This document shows, piece after piece, positions 28,654 to 37,323 of a stretch of 64,000 nt of DNA; positions within the stretch are counted from its first letter, which is position 1, and each line of letters opens with the position of its first letter. The notes under the pieces are model-generated. The model ran no database searches. It worked only from the letters and a program-made list of their open reading frames with translations, and had not been told where the DNA came from. Made by a program: the position numbers and the translations under genes. Origin of the DNA: a virus (lineage: Duplodnaviria; Caudoviricetes); IMG/VR virus record IMGVR_UViG_3300048861_000079, positions 22,932-86,931 of that record. One strand, given 5' to 3'.

Positions 28654-30018
28654 GTGTCCGTAGCCGTCGCAGCACCCGAGACCTATGAGGAAGCCGAGTT
28701 CGAGCCCGGCAAGTATGAATTTGACGACGACATGCAGCGCAAGATCGCCAGCATGTTCATGCGCGACACCACGTTCGCGATGCAGACCAAGGATCTGATC
28801 AAGCCGGAATATTTCACCGACACGTCGGTCGGCGCGTTGATCCGGATCGTCCAGGAGCATGTGAAGGTCTACCGATCGGTTCCGGACATGAAGATCCTGC
28901 CGACGATCCTGAAGGATGAGATCGCCGCCAAGCGCATCCGTCCCGACATGATCGACGGCGTGAAGGATATGGTTCGTGACGCCCTGACGGCGGATCTTTC
29001 CAATCCCGAGTTTGTGACCAGCCGCGTAGCCTCTTTCGCCAAGCACCAGGCGATCGAGCAGGCAATCATGAAGTCGGTCGATCTTCTGGAGAAGGGGAAG
29101 TTTGACGAGATCGCCCAGCTTATGAAGGAGGCGAGTTCCGTCGGAGCCGTCTCCGATGGCGGCGACTATAACTATTTCGAAGAGATCGCGAACCGCACCC
29201 AGCAGCGCCACGATATCCTCGCCGGTAAGATCGTCCGCGACGGCATCACGACGGGATATCCCGGAATGGATGCGTTGCTATACCACTATGGCTGGGGCCG
29301 GCGCGAGCTGTCGTGTCTCCTCGGCGCTGCCAAGGCCGGTAAGTCGATGGCGCTTGGCGACTTCGGCAAGAATGCTTCGCTCGCCGGCTACAACGTCTTT
29401 TACGACAGTCTGGAAGTCCACAAGGAGATCATCGCCGCCCGTCTCGACGCGGCACTCGCCGACACCCTGATCAGGGATCTGCACAAGGATCCCGACAAGG
29501 TCCAGGCCGAGATCCTCAAGATGCAGGCGAAGGCCGGGCAGTTCCGGATGCGCGACCATCCTTCCGGCACGCTCAAGCCGTCACAGCTTCACCGTCTCCT
29601 CGAGCAGTATCGCGGCGATGGGCTGATCTTCGATCTCGTGATTGTCGACTATGCCGACATCATGGCTTCCGAATATCGTTCTGACAGCCTGATCGAAAAC
29701 CTGCGCACCATTTATATCGACCTGCGCGCGCTCGCCCACGAGATGAACTGCGCCGTGCTCACTGCAACGCAGACGAACCGTGACGGTGCCAAGGCTCACA
29801 CTGCCAAGGCAACCGACGTCGGCGACGACTGGAATAAGGCGCGAACCGTCGACATTCTGATCGGTATCAATGCCACCGACGCCGAGAAGGCTGCCGGCGA
29901 GGCGCGTCTGACCTGGCTGCTTTCGCGTAACACGGCCGACGGGTTCAGCCTGCGCATCAAGCAGGATCGCGAGAAGATGCAGTTCCTCACCAAGATCATC
30001 GCCAAGGAAGGTCTGTAA
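28654..30018 (+). CDS. dnaB: replicative SF4 helicase (DnaB/gp41-like)
   Basis: GAAKAGKS, SLE, IVDYAD, TATQTNR. Confidence 0.9.
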   Translation: MSVAVAAPETYEEAEFEPGKYEFDDDMQRKIASMFMRDTTFAMQTKDLIKPEYFTDTSVGALIRIVQEHVKVYRSVPDMKILPTILKDEIAAKRIRPDMIDGVKDMVRDALTADLSNPEFVTSRVASFAKHQAIEQAIMKSVDLLEKGKFDEIAQLMKEASSVGAVSDGGDYNYFEEIANRTQQRHDILAGKIVRDGITTGYPGMDALLYHYGWGRRELSCLLGAAKAGKSMALGDFGKNASLAGYNVFYDSLEVHKEIIAARLDAALADTLIRDLHKDPDKVQAEILKMQAKAGQFRMRDHPSGTLKPSQLHRLLEQYRGDGLIFDLVIVDYADIMASEYRSDSLIENLRTIYIDLRALAHEMNCAVLTATQTNRDGAKAHTAKATDVGDDWNKARTVDILIGINATDAEKAAGEARLTWLLSRNTADGFSLRIKQDREKMQFLTKIIAKEGL

Positions 30019-31187
30019 TGAGCCGCTTGTCGATCGCCGATATCAACGCCGAGCTGGATATCGAATATTTCCTCCAGCGTGAGAGCCTGGCCTACCGTGA
30101 GACGCGCGGCGTCTCCGGCACCCAGCTCAACATCAAGTCGTGTCCGAATCCTGTCTGTCGTGACGGCCGCTGGCGCACGTATTTCGGGATCGAGACGGGC
30201 AGGGGAAACTGCTTCGTCTGCTCCAAGAGCTACAACGCCGTCGGCTTTATCCATGACTACTTCGATCACGGCGACAACGATTGGGGTCAGACCTTCCGCG
30301 AATGCGAGGAGATCATGCGTGAGCAGGGCTGGCGGCCCAAGCGCCAGGCGGTCGCGGCGGTAGACCACGGCGACGTCAAGCTCCCTGTATCCGAACCCTT
30401 GCCGCTCGAGACGGGCGAGAATCTCGCCTATCTGGAGACCCGCGGCTTCGGACCCGACATCTGCAAATACTTTAACCTGCGCTGGTGCGAATACGGCTGG
30501 TGGATGTTCAAGACGCCCGAGGGCGAGACAAAGATGCAGAACTTCGGCGACCGCATCATCATCCCGGTTTTCGACCTCGACGGATCCCTAAAGACCTTTC
30601 AGGGACGCGACCTGTTGCCTGGCCTGAGCGAAGAGCAGAAGGCGCTCGGAATGCAGGAGCGCCAGAAGTATCTGTTCCCGATGGAGCTGCCCGGCACGGG
30701 CCGATACCTGCTGAACGGCCAGAACGTGCTGGCGACCGATCATGTGGTCATGGGCGAAGGTGTCTTCGACGTCGCGGCGACCAAGCTCGCCTATGACGAG
30801 GATCCGGCGCTACGTCACATCGTGCCGATCGGATCCTTCGGCAAGCACCTATCCTACGGCAATGCTCAGGGCGATGACCAGCTCGGCCGCTTCATCATCC
30901 TGAGGACGCGCGGCGTGAAGATCATCACCATCATGTGGGATGGCGGCGAGAAGGAGCTGATTGCGGCCCTGAATGCCGCCAAGATGTTGACCGGGATCGG
31001 CTTCACGGTGCGGATCGCGCTTCTGCCGTTTGAGAAGGATCCGAACGAAGTCACGGGTGACGTTGTTCGCAAGGCTCATTACGAGGCGAAGGTCTGGACG
31101 CCAAAGCTCGACATCATGTGGCGCATGAAGAATCCCTACACGCCGGCGCGAAAGGCCAAGGAAGCTGCGCTCGCCGCGGCTGCGTAG
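30018..31187 (+). CDS. dnaG: DNA primase (Zn finger + TOPRIM)
   Basis: CPNPVC...CFVC; GEGVFD; WDGGE. Confidence 0.85.
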   Translation: MSRLSIADINAELDIEYFLQRESLAYRETRGVSGTQLNIKSCPNPVCRDGRWRTYFGIETGRGNCFVCSKSYNAVGFIHDYFDHGDNDWGQTFRECEEIMREQGWRPKRQAVAAVDHGDVKLPVSEPLPLETGENLAYLETRGFGPDICKYFNLRWCEYGWWMFKTPEGETKMQNFGDRIIIPVFDLDGSLKTFQGRDLLPGLSEEQKALGMQERQKYLFPMELPGTGRYLLNGQNVLATDHVVMGEGVFDVAATKLAYDEDPALRHIVPIGSFGKHLSYGNAQGDDQLGRFIILRTRGVKIITIMWDGGEKELIAALNAAKMLTGIGFTVRIALLPFEKDPNEVTGDVVRKAHYEAKVWTPKLDIMWRMKNPYTPARKAKEAALAAAA

Positions 31188-31189
31188 GT

Positions 31190-31209
31190 TTCAGTAAACG
31201 CTGACTTAT
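31190..31209. promoter_or_regulatory. degenerate operator
   Basis: TTCAGTAAACGCTGACTTAT. Confidence 0.45.
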
Positions 31210-31219
31210 CACCTGCGCG

Positions 31220-31243
31220 TTTCCATCGATGATCACGCTATAA
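31220..31243 (+). promoter_or_regulatory. class-II promoter
   Basis: TTTCC-N12-GCTATAA. Confidence 0.55.
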
Positions 31244-31291
31244 CGTAATCAACAGCAATCGAGACGTGAAAGCGCTTCGAAGGAGAATTCA

Positions 31292-31816
31292 ATGTCATAC
31301 CCGATCAAGGTGACGCAGCAGTCCTACGACCATAAGGGCGGCACCAAGTCCTACCATTTCACGATGATCGAAGCTGCCGATGGCCGCTGCGTTGTCGTGT
31401 TTCGCTATGGCAAGAAGGGTCAGTTCGGTCAGCTCATCACTGCGACGTTTGAGACCGCCAAGGCTGCCTGGAAGCATTACGAGGCGAAAGAAAACGAGAA
31501 GCAGAAGGGCGGCTATACGCCCATCGGAACCCAGAGCACGAAGGTCGCAGGGAATCCGACTGAATTGCCCACGACCGTCGGGATCGCGCTTTTCAACAAG
31601 ATCGGCGGCAAGGCCGTCAATCACATCGATACCGGCTACGACACTTCAAAGATGCGCCAGGAAGTCGACGTGCCGACGCTTGATGAGGAAGGCCGCAAGG
31701 TCGGCGACACCAGTCGCAAGGCCGACATCAAGGATCTGCTTGCACAGCAGAAGGCTGCCGAGGAAGAACTCGCCGCCCGCGCTTATGACGACAACGAAGA
31801 ATATGGAATCTTCTGA
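31292..31816 (+). CDS. WGR-like domain protein
   Basis: KSYHF...FRYGKKGQFGQ...A..YEAK.NEK.KGGY matches the WGR layout. Confidence 0.65.
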   Translation: MSYPIKVTQQSYDHKGGTKSYHFTMIEAADGRCVVVFRYGKKGQFGQLITATFETAKAAWKHYEAKENEKQKGGYTPIGTQSTKVAGNPTELPTTVGIALFNKIGGKAVNHIDTGYDTSKMRQEVDVPTLDEEGRKVGDTSRKADIKDLLAQQKAAEEELAARAYDDNEEYGIF

Positions 31817-32337
31817 TGCCCAACCATATGCTGACCCTCGATGACAAGGCGAACCAGTTCGAGTTCGTCTGCCCGATCTTCAATGTCCAGACCAAGATGC
31901 GGCTCTGTATGACGCTGCGCGAATTGTTCTGGATGGGCAAGAAGCCTGACGTTCGCAAAGGCTGCCAGGCGTGCATGCGATCCAGCAAGTGCCCGGCCGC
32001 GGCGATCGTGAACAAGATCAGCTATTCCAGCCAGCGCCCGGCGCCCGACGAATACGGCTCAACTCAGCCTGTCGTCGGCAAGCTGCGCAAGGATATCCTC
32101 GAGCGCATCCTTCTCCCGATCGTGCTCGAGCGAACGATGGATGAATTCGGCGTGCCCGAGCCCGAACGCCAGATGATCCGCACCTCTTCCGACCGCATCG
32201 CAAAGATGGTCGGCGCAGCGCCCATCGACGGCGAAGATCGTCCGGCCACTCGTGCGGCGCCTGCAAAGAAGACCAAGTCCACCGTCAATCGCGCAGCTGC
32301 CGCTTCCGGCGACCTGGCTGCAGCTGTCAACGCCTAA
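31816..32337 (+). CDS. Cys-rich putative Zn-binding protein
   Basis: CPIF...C...CQAC...KC. Confidence 0.65.
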   Translation: MPNHMLTLDDKANQFEFVCPIFNVQTKMRLCMTLRELFWMGKKPDVRKGCQACMRSSKCPAAAIVNKISYSSQRPAPDEYGSTQPVVGKLRKDILERILLPIVLERTMDEFGVPEPERQMIRTSSDRIAKMVGAAPIDGEDRPATRAAPAKKTKSTVNRAAAASGDLAAAVNA

Positions 32338-32348
32338 AGGAGCGAACT

Positions 32349-33866
32349 ATGAACGCATACGATGTCGCGCGCCTCATCGAGGATATCGCCGACACCTCAT
32401 CCCGAACGGAGAAGGAGCGCCTGGTCGGACACTTGGCAGCATCCGATCTCGGTCTCTTCGTCATCAAGTGGGCCTATGATCCGTTCATCACCTATGGCGT
32501 GACGGCAGCCCCGACCGAAAGCGCTGAAGGCCGCTTCGAATTCCGTGCCTCGCTTGTCGAGCCGCTGCTCAGGAAGCTGGCGTCCCGCGAACTGACCGGC
32601 ATGGCGGCTGAGCGCGAGATCGGCGAAGTCATGCAGGTGCTCAACAAGGACGGCGCCCGTCTGCTCTTCCTGATCCTGTCGAAGGATCTGAAGTGCGGCA
32701 TTGCCGAGTCCACGATCAACTCTGCAGCACCCGGCACGATCCCGACCTTTGCTGTCCAGCGCGCCATCCCCTATGAGCCGAAGCGCCTCAAGTCCGGCAA
32801 GACCTACAAGGCAGAGTTCAAGCTCGATGGCAATCGCAACACCTTCCTGGCGAAGGATGGCAATGGTGGTTTCTTCACTCGCTCGGGCAAGCGTGTGCCG
32901 GCGCTCGACTTTCTGGTGCCGTCAGTCATCAAGGCTGCAGCCTACGCAGCCCAGGCGGGCTCAGATGCGCTGAAGAAGGTGCTGATCGGCGATCGCCCCG
33001 GTAGTATCTCGAGCCTCAACTTCATGCTCGACGGCGAAGCGATGATGGGTCTGTTCGAAGATACCGGCGCTCTGCGCCGCAAGGATACCGACGCGATCGG
33101 CGCCGAGCTCCATCTCTACGACTTCATGGACTTTCACGATTTCGACGCTCCCGGCGCTGTCGGCGATCCGCTCGCAGCGCGGCGACTTCTGCTCTCCGAG
33201 TTCGTTCAGCTCGCCAAGAAGGCTCTCGCGGACACGCCGTCTCCGAACACGATCCAGATCGTTCCGCAGTTCTTCGTCAACAATGACGACGAGGTCCAGC
33301 AGCTCTTCCAGCGCGCCCGCAGCATGACGCTTGCTGCCTACCTGGCCCGCGGTGACGCCGAAAAGGAAGCGGCCCTGCTCAAGACCACGATCGACAAGGC
33401 GACCGGCAAGCCGAAGGTGCTGGAAGGCATCGTCATCAAGGACATGGACGCGCTTTACGAAAAGCGCAAGTCTGCCGCCTGGATGAAGCTGAAGAACGAG
33501 GAGACCAAGGATCTGCGCGTCACTGGCGCCTATCCGGGCGAGCCCCACACCAAGTATGAAAATGCGATGGGTGGCGCGAACGTCGACCATGAAGGCGTGA
33601 CCGTCAACGTCGGCGGTGGCTGGTCGGACGCGGAGCGCGAGGCACTCTGGGCGATGTATCAGCGCGATCTCGCCCGCGTTGCCGGCTACGATAGCGTGGA
33701 CCTCACGCCGAGCGATTACAAGAGCCTGGGCTGTGAGCTTCTCGGCCGGCTGATCGAGGTCGAATACATGGAAGTCACGCCCGACGGCTCGCTCCGCCAC
33801 CCGCGCTTCGTTCGCTTCCGCGACGACAAGGACGGCGAAGTCGACAACATGGGTCTCGCAGCATGA
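32349..33866 (+). CDS. ATP-dependent DNA ligase
   Basis: EFKLDGNR (KxDG), EGIVIK, WMKLK, SLRHPRF. Confidence 0.9.
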   Translation: MNAYDVARLIEDIADTSSRTEKERLVGHLAASDLGLFVIKWAYDPFITYGVTAAPTESAEGRFEFRASLVEPLLRKLASRELTGMAAEREIGEVMQVLNKDGARLLFLILSKDLKCGIAESTINSAAPGTIPTFAVQRAIPYEPKRLKSGKTYKAEFKLDGNRNTFLAKDGNGGFFTRSGKRVPALDFLVPSVIKAAAYAAQAGSDALKKVLIGDRPGSISSLNFMLDGEAMMGLFEDTGALRRKDTDAIGAELHLYDFMDFHDFDAPGAVGDPLAARRLLLSEFVQLAKKALADTPSPNTIQIVPQFFVNNDDEVQQLFQRARSMTLAAYLARGDAEKEAALLKTTIDKATGKPKVLEGIVIKDMDALYEKRKSAAWMKLKNEETKDLRVTGAYPGEPHTKYENAMGGANVDHEGVTVNVGGGWSDAEREALWAMYQRDLARVAGYDSVDLTPSDYKSLGCELLGRLIEVEYMEVTPDGSLRHPRFVRFRDDKDGEVDNMGLAA

Positions 33867-34426
33867 AGTTCTATATCCCCGAAATTGGAGACCAGATCCG
33901 TCTGGTCTCTGACTGGAGTTTTCAGCTCTACAGCGAATACCGCAATCGCAAGCTCTGGGATATGGCGAAGGCCGACAAGCATCCCGACATTGCGCAGTGG
34001 GAAAAGGAGCGCGACTTTCAGCACTCCGAGTTGGAGCGGCTTAAGAGTTACCAGGTCATCAAGCATGTTCAGGAGCGCAATTGGCGTCATGGCTATGGCT
34101 ACATGCGCGACTCTGCGAACCCCGAGTTCGTCACTGTCGAGCGCAAGGTTTGGAAGAATCCTGATCACGAGAAGGAATACGAGGAGATCCGCTCCAATCT
34201 TTGGAAGAACAACACCCCGCGCGTGCCGTTCTCCCTGCCCGCAGGCTCGCTCATGTCGGTCGACCGGATTTATATCCGCAAGGGCGTCAGCGAATATTCC
34301 TCGATCACCTTTTACCTGAAGGAATCGACCTGGAAGCCGTTCGCGGCCAAGAAGAAGGGCGCAATGCGGTTCTGGGCGAAGCTCGCCGATGTCAACACCA
34401 TCGAGTTCGAGCATGTCGCGCGCTGA
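33863..34426 (+). CDS. hypothetical phage protein
   Basis: 187 aa, ATGA-coupled to the ligase. Confidence 0.7.
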   Translation: MKFYIPEIGDQIRLVSDWSFQLYSEYRNRKLWDMAKADKHPDIAQWEKERDFQHSELERLKSYQVIKHVQERNWRHGYGYMRDSANPEFVTVERKVWKNPDHEKEYEEIRSNLWKNNTPRVPFSLPAGSLMSVDRIYIRKGVSEYSSITFYLKESTWKPFAAKKKGAMRFWAKLADVNTIEFEHVAR

Positions 34427-34649
34427 ACTGACCGATGAGGCCGTGGTGAGGGTCAAGAAGGCCCTCATCGACGCGCAGTCCGACAATCCCCGAGTGCGTC
34501 AGGCCGCCATGCTCGAGGTCAAGAAGCTGACCGTTCTCTACGGATCTGACGCGCTTTCCGGAGTGGAAGACGTTCTTGCCGAGGAAGCTTACGAGCGCGG
34601 ACAAGAAGAAGCCTGGGCGATGGGCGGCCCTGGTGTCGTCTGGGACTAG
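34413..34649 (+). CDS. hypothetical protein (78 aa)
   Basis: Coupled to the upstream gene; its stop overlaps the repC stop in CTAG. Confidence 0.55.
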   Translation: MSRAELTDEAVVRVKKALIDAQSDNPRVRQAAMLEVKKLTVLYGSDALSGVEDVLAEEAYERGQEEAWAMGGPGVVWD

Positions 34650-35743
34650 CGCCGCATTCGTTGGATCTCCCCGTCGAGCGTCACACGGCCCTCCTTGATT
34701 AAGCGGCACATGACGCGATAGTATCCGCCGAAGTTCTTGATACTTTCAGATCCACTTGGCGTCCCGGCCTGCATCTGAAGGACAAGAACGAGGGTCGCTG
34801 CCGCTGGTAGCGGCCCAATTTCACGTCTGGCCTCCTCCCAGGCCGACGACGAAACCCCGAGCTGACCGCGCCACCGCGCTGCCACGCTGATCAGCTCCAT
34901 ATCCGAGCGAATTTCACCCAGGAATTCCATCGCATCAGGGCAGGCGGCAATCAGGTCGCGCAGATTGGCCCTCGGCTTCGCCTCCTCAACATTCTCATTG
35001 CCGTTGTTACAAGGATTCTCAGGGGCATATTTGTTGTTGTCTTTGTGACGGTCGTTATTGCCGCCAGAGGCGGAATAATATCTTGCCTCAGCCTCGATCC
35101 TGAGCTGCTCCCAGGCGTTCAGCGGGCCGTCCGTCGATCCCTTTGACGACCGGCGCGGCGTGACTCTCACGAGCTCGACAGCGCGGGCTACGAGATCGCG
35201 GGTGTCTACTTCCGGAAACTGCTCTGCAAGCGTCCTGAGCGCTTCCTGGGCCGATCTGCGCGCGATCGTCATTGCATCGTGGGCAGCCAGGCGCAACCGC
35301 TCCTGTTCTTTCTGCTCGGTGACGATATCCGTAAACTCAGACAGCCGGTTGAGGAGAGGGGAGAGATCGAAGCCATAAGCCTCGACGACCACGCCCGCGG
35401 CATTCTGGCGGGAATACCTTTTGCCATTCGGACTGTCGTGGGCCGCAATGACGCCGAGCTCGAGGAGCCGCGCCAGTGCAAACCGGATCGTCCGCTCCGA
35501 TATTTGGGTGCGCTCCTCGAGGAAACGGTTGGACGGCCAGACCATCATTCGGCCGGCGATCAGCTTGCCGCCATAGACGCCGACCAGGTGCTCCAGCACA
35601 TAGCGGCAGGCGGTGGGAAGGCGTAACGCTCGCATGGCGAGCCTGGACGCCTCGAACAGGTCATTCTTGTCGCTGGTATACGGCTCAGCCGCCCGTGGAA
35701 TCACAGGCTTGAGCGCGCGCCAGCCGGACGACTGCGCAGACAT
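34646..35743 (-). CDS. repC: RepC plasmid replication initiator (repABC family)
   Basis: VWPSN...R..LA.L.ELG.I...DSPNGKRY...AYGFDLSPL; C-domain ACPD...LGVS.SAW.EA...GGY; probable start ATG 35743. Confidence 0.9.
   Translation of the reverse strand: MSAQSSGWRALKPVIPRAAEPYTSDKNDLFEASRLAMRALRLPTACRYVLEHLVGVYGGKLIAGRMMVWPSNRFLEERTQISERTIRFALARLLELGVIAAHDSPNGKRYSRQNAAGVVVEAYGFDLSPLLNRLSEFTDIVTEQKEQERLRLAAHDAMTIARRSAQEALRTLAEQFPEVDTRDLVARAVELVRVTPRRSSKGSTDGPLNAWEQLRIEAEARYYSASGGNNDRHKDNNKYAPENPCNNGNENVEEAKPRANLRDLIAACPDAMEFLGEIRSDMELISVAARWRGQLGVSSSAWEEARREIGPLPAAATLVLVLQMQAGTPSGSESIKNFGGYYRVMCRLIKEGRVTLDGEIQRMRR
34990..35085. other. AT-rich patch inside repC, candidate oriV
   Basis: Local AT-rich tract with a GANTC site; repABC origins are known to lie within repC. 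Confidence 0.45.
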
Positions 35744-35795
35744 GGTATCCCTCTTGTCCGAGGGCAAAGCTTCGCCATTCACCTCAAGAGAAGTG

Positions 35796-35824
35796 TTGAC
35801 AAATCAGCGCTGATTCGGGATAAC
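35796..35824 (+). promoter_or_regulatory. ctRNA promoter
   Basis: TTGACA-N17-GATAAC; the spacer contains palindrome AATCAGCGCTGATT and a GANTC site. Confidence 0.75.
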
Positions 35825-35829
35825 CATCT

Positions 35830-35899
35830 TGCAACGAGGCGATCCGAAGTCGCTGAGATTTACAAAGGCTCCTGATTTGGCGATCAGGGGCCTTTTGCT
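35830..35899 (+). ncRNA. counter-transcribed RNA of the repC replicon
   Basis: Antisense to the repC leader; ends in AAAGGCTCCTGAT-TTGGCG-ATCAGGGGCCTTTT terminator. Confidence 0.75.
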
Positions 35900-35908
35900 T
35901 TGCCGCGT

Positions 35909-36106
35909 TTAGTTTCCTTCAAATACTGCGACCGCGTGCGCGATCAGATCCGAACGGTTCTTGTATTTCCCGGTTGAAACCAGGGCATCGAGCTTTTCTT
36001 GCAATATCCGGTCGAGCCAAACCGTCACCTGGCTCTCACCGGCGGCCTCGCGCTTCTTCCGATAGGTAGCTGCGCGACGTGCATTTCCGTTTTCTTCAAC
36101 ATTCAT
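35909..36106 (-). CDS. ribbon-helix-helix DNA-binding protein
   Basis: QVTVWLD...KLDALV..GKYKNRSDLI..AV. Confidence 0.7.
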   Translation of the reverse strand: MNVEENGNARRAATYRKKREAAGESQVTVWLDRILQEKLDALVSTGKYKNRSDLIAHAVAVFEGN

Positions 36107-36224
36107 GGGCTAGAGACTCACTCCGAACCAAATCACGTTACCAGTGATGGCACGATTCGGCTTACGGTTAAACCCTCACTCAAATCTTAACGCTAAAGTT
36201 ACACTGGTTAACAAATTCCCGCAG

Positions 36225-36252
36225 AAGTCGCATAAGCTCGATTATGGAACAA
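36225..36252. other. dif-like XerCD recombination site
   Basis: AAGTCGCATAA-GCTCGA-TTATGGAACAA (11-6-11; CATAA-N6-TTATG core). Confidence 0.75.
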
Positions 36253-36366
36253 TCGGAGTCTAATGTAGCCATTACGGATGATAGCGTGTAGCCCTTTAGG
36301 AGCACGCGTTTCAATCTGAGGCACTCCTGAAAATAATAATATATACAAACTGTTGCGTTCGCAAAA

Positions 36367-36386
36367 ATAAGTATGTGTTGACTTAT
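36367..36386. promoter_or_regulatory. degenerate operator upstream of the HTH gene
   Basis: ATAAGTATGTGTTGACTTAT, overlapping TTGACT. Confidence 0.55.
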
Positions 36387-36418
36387 TTTTTAAGCGGGGT
36401 TACGAGTCGCCTCGCTCA

Positions 36419-36441
36419 ATCCCAAGAAAGACGCGCTATAA
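36419..36441 (+). promoter_or_regulatory. class-II promoter
   Basis: ATCCC-N11-GCTATAA. Confidence 0.6.
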
Positions 36442-36492
36442 AGCAAACAACTGCTTAAAACAAAATATGCGAGCTAATCGAAGGGGCGTAAC

Positions 36493-36954
36493 ATGCATAT
36501 GGAAACAAACGAAGACAGAAGGTTCACAGTGGCACCTGCAGACACCAAATCCAAGAAACTTGGTCGCAAGAATGTGACTGAACTGTCGCGGCTGGCTATC
36601 CTGCTGGAGAAGCACACTGCAAGCAGCGGGAAAACACAGCGTCAGATAGCCGACGCAGTCGGTTTCAATAACCAGAACATGATCACCATGATCAAACAAG
36701 GTGATGCGAAGTTGCCGCTCGATCGCGTTCCGGCTATGGCCCACGTGCTCGGCGTTGATCCGCTGATGCTGTTCAACATGGCAATTGAGCAGTTCTACAC
36801 ACCAGACGCGGTTAAAGCTCTTCAGGACATTATTCCACCAGCACTGTCGGTCGCCGAGCGGGCGCTGATAGACGTGGTGCGTGAAGCCGGCAAGAAGGGC
36901 AAGCAACTGACTGCCGAACGTATCGACAAAATCCGCGAGCTCCTCGAGGGCTAG
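36493..36954 (+). CDS. XRE-type HTH regulator, candidate master repressor
   Basis: KTQRQIADAVGFNNQNMITMIKQG..KLPLDRV..MAHVLGVDP. Confidence 0.8.
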   Translation: MHMETNEDRRFTVAPADTKSKKLGRKNVTELSRLAILLEKHTASSGKTQRQIADAVGFNNQNMITMIKQGDAKLPLDRVPAMAHVLGVDPLMLFNMAIEQFYTPDAVKALQDIIPPALSVAERALIDVVREAGKKGKQLTAERIDKIRELLEG

Positions 36955-37031
36955 GAGCTCGCTCACGAATTACGCCTCGGCGTTTTGGATCCCGCTATAT
37001 GACGTGGCGGGGTTTATTTTTGTCCAGCGAC

Positions 37032-37051
37032 TTAAATAAGCGCTTACTCAA
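37032..37051. promoter_or_regulatory. degenerate operator
   Basis: TTAAATAAGCGCTTACTCAA. Confidence 0.45.
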
Positions 37052-37067
37052 CAGGGAAAGAAATACA

Positions 37068-37280
37068 ATGACCGGCAGCAACAATTCTCTCCGCAATATC
37101 ATGGTATCGTTTGAAGCAGCCTACGAGGCAGCGGCTCTCCTTGAAGACAAGCAGGTTCTCGAGCTGGAAGGCGTGACTGTCTATTCTGGCAAGCACCCGG
37201 AACACGGCAATGTCCACATTACGATCCCGGCGATCGGCGACGGGTTGTTGCTTCTCCCTTTTGCTCTCCACGCATTTTAA
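37068..37280 (+). CDS. hypothetical protein (70 aa)
   Basis: GGGA RBS, ATG 37068. Confidence 0.55.
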   Translation: MTGSNNSLRNIMVSFEAAYEAAALLEDKQVLELEGVTVYSGKHPEHGNVHITIPAIGDGLLLLPFALHAF

Positions 37281-37323
37281 GCTTAAAAATAAATAAATAG
37301 ATACTTATGTCAGGAGAGAGTGA

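Noticed and set aside
36977-37000. Additional class-II promoter (GCTATAT)
   Set aside because: No TCCC box at 11-12 bp spacing, so it was not counted.
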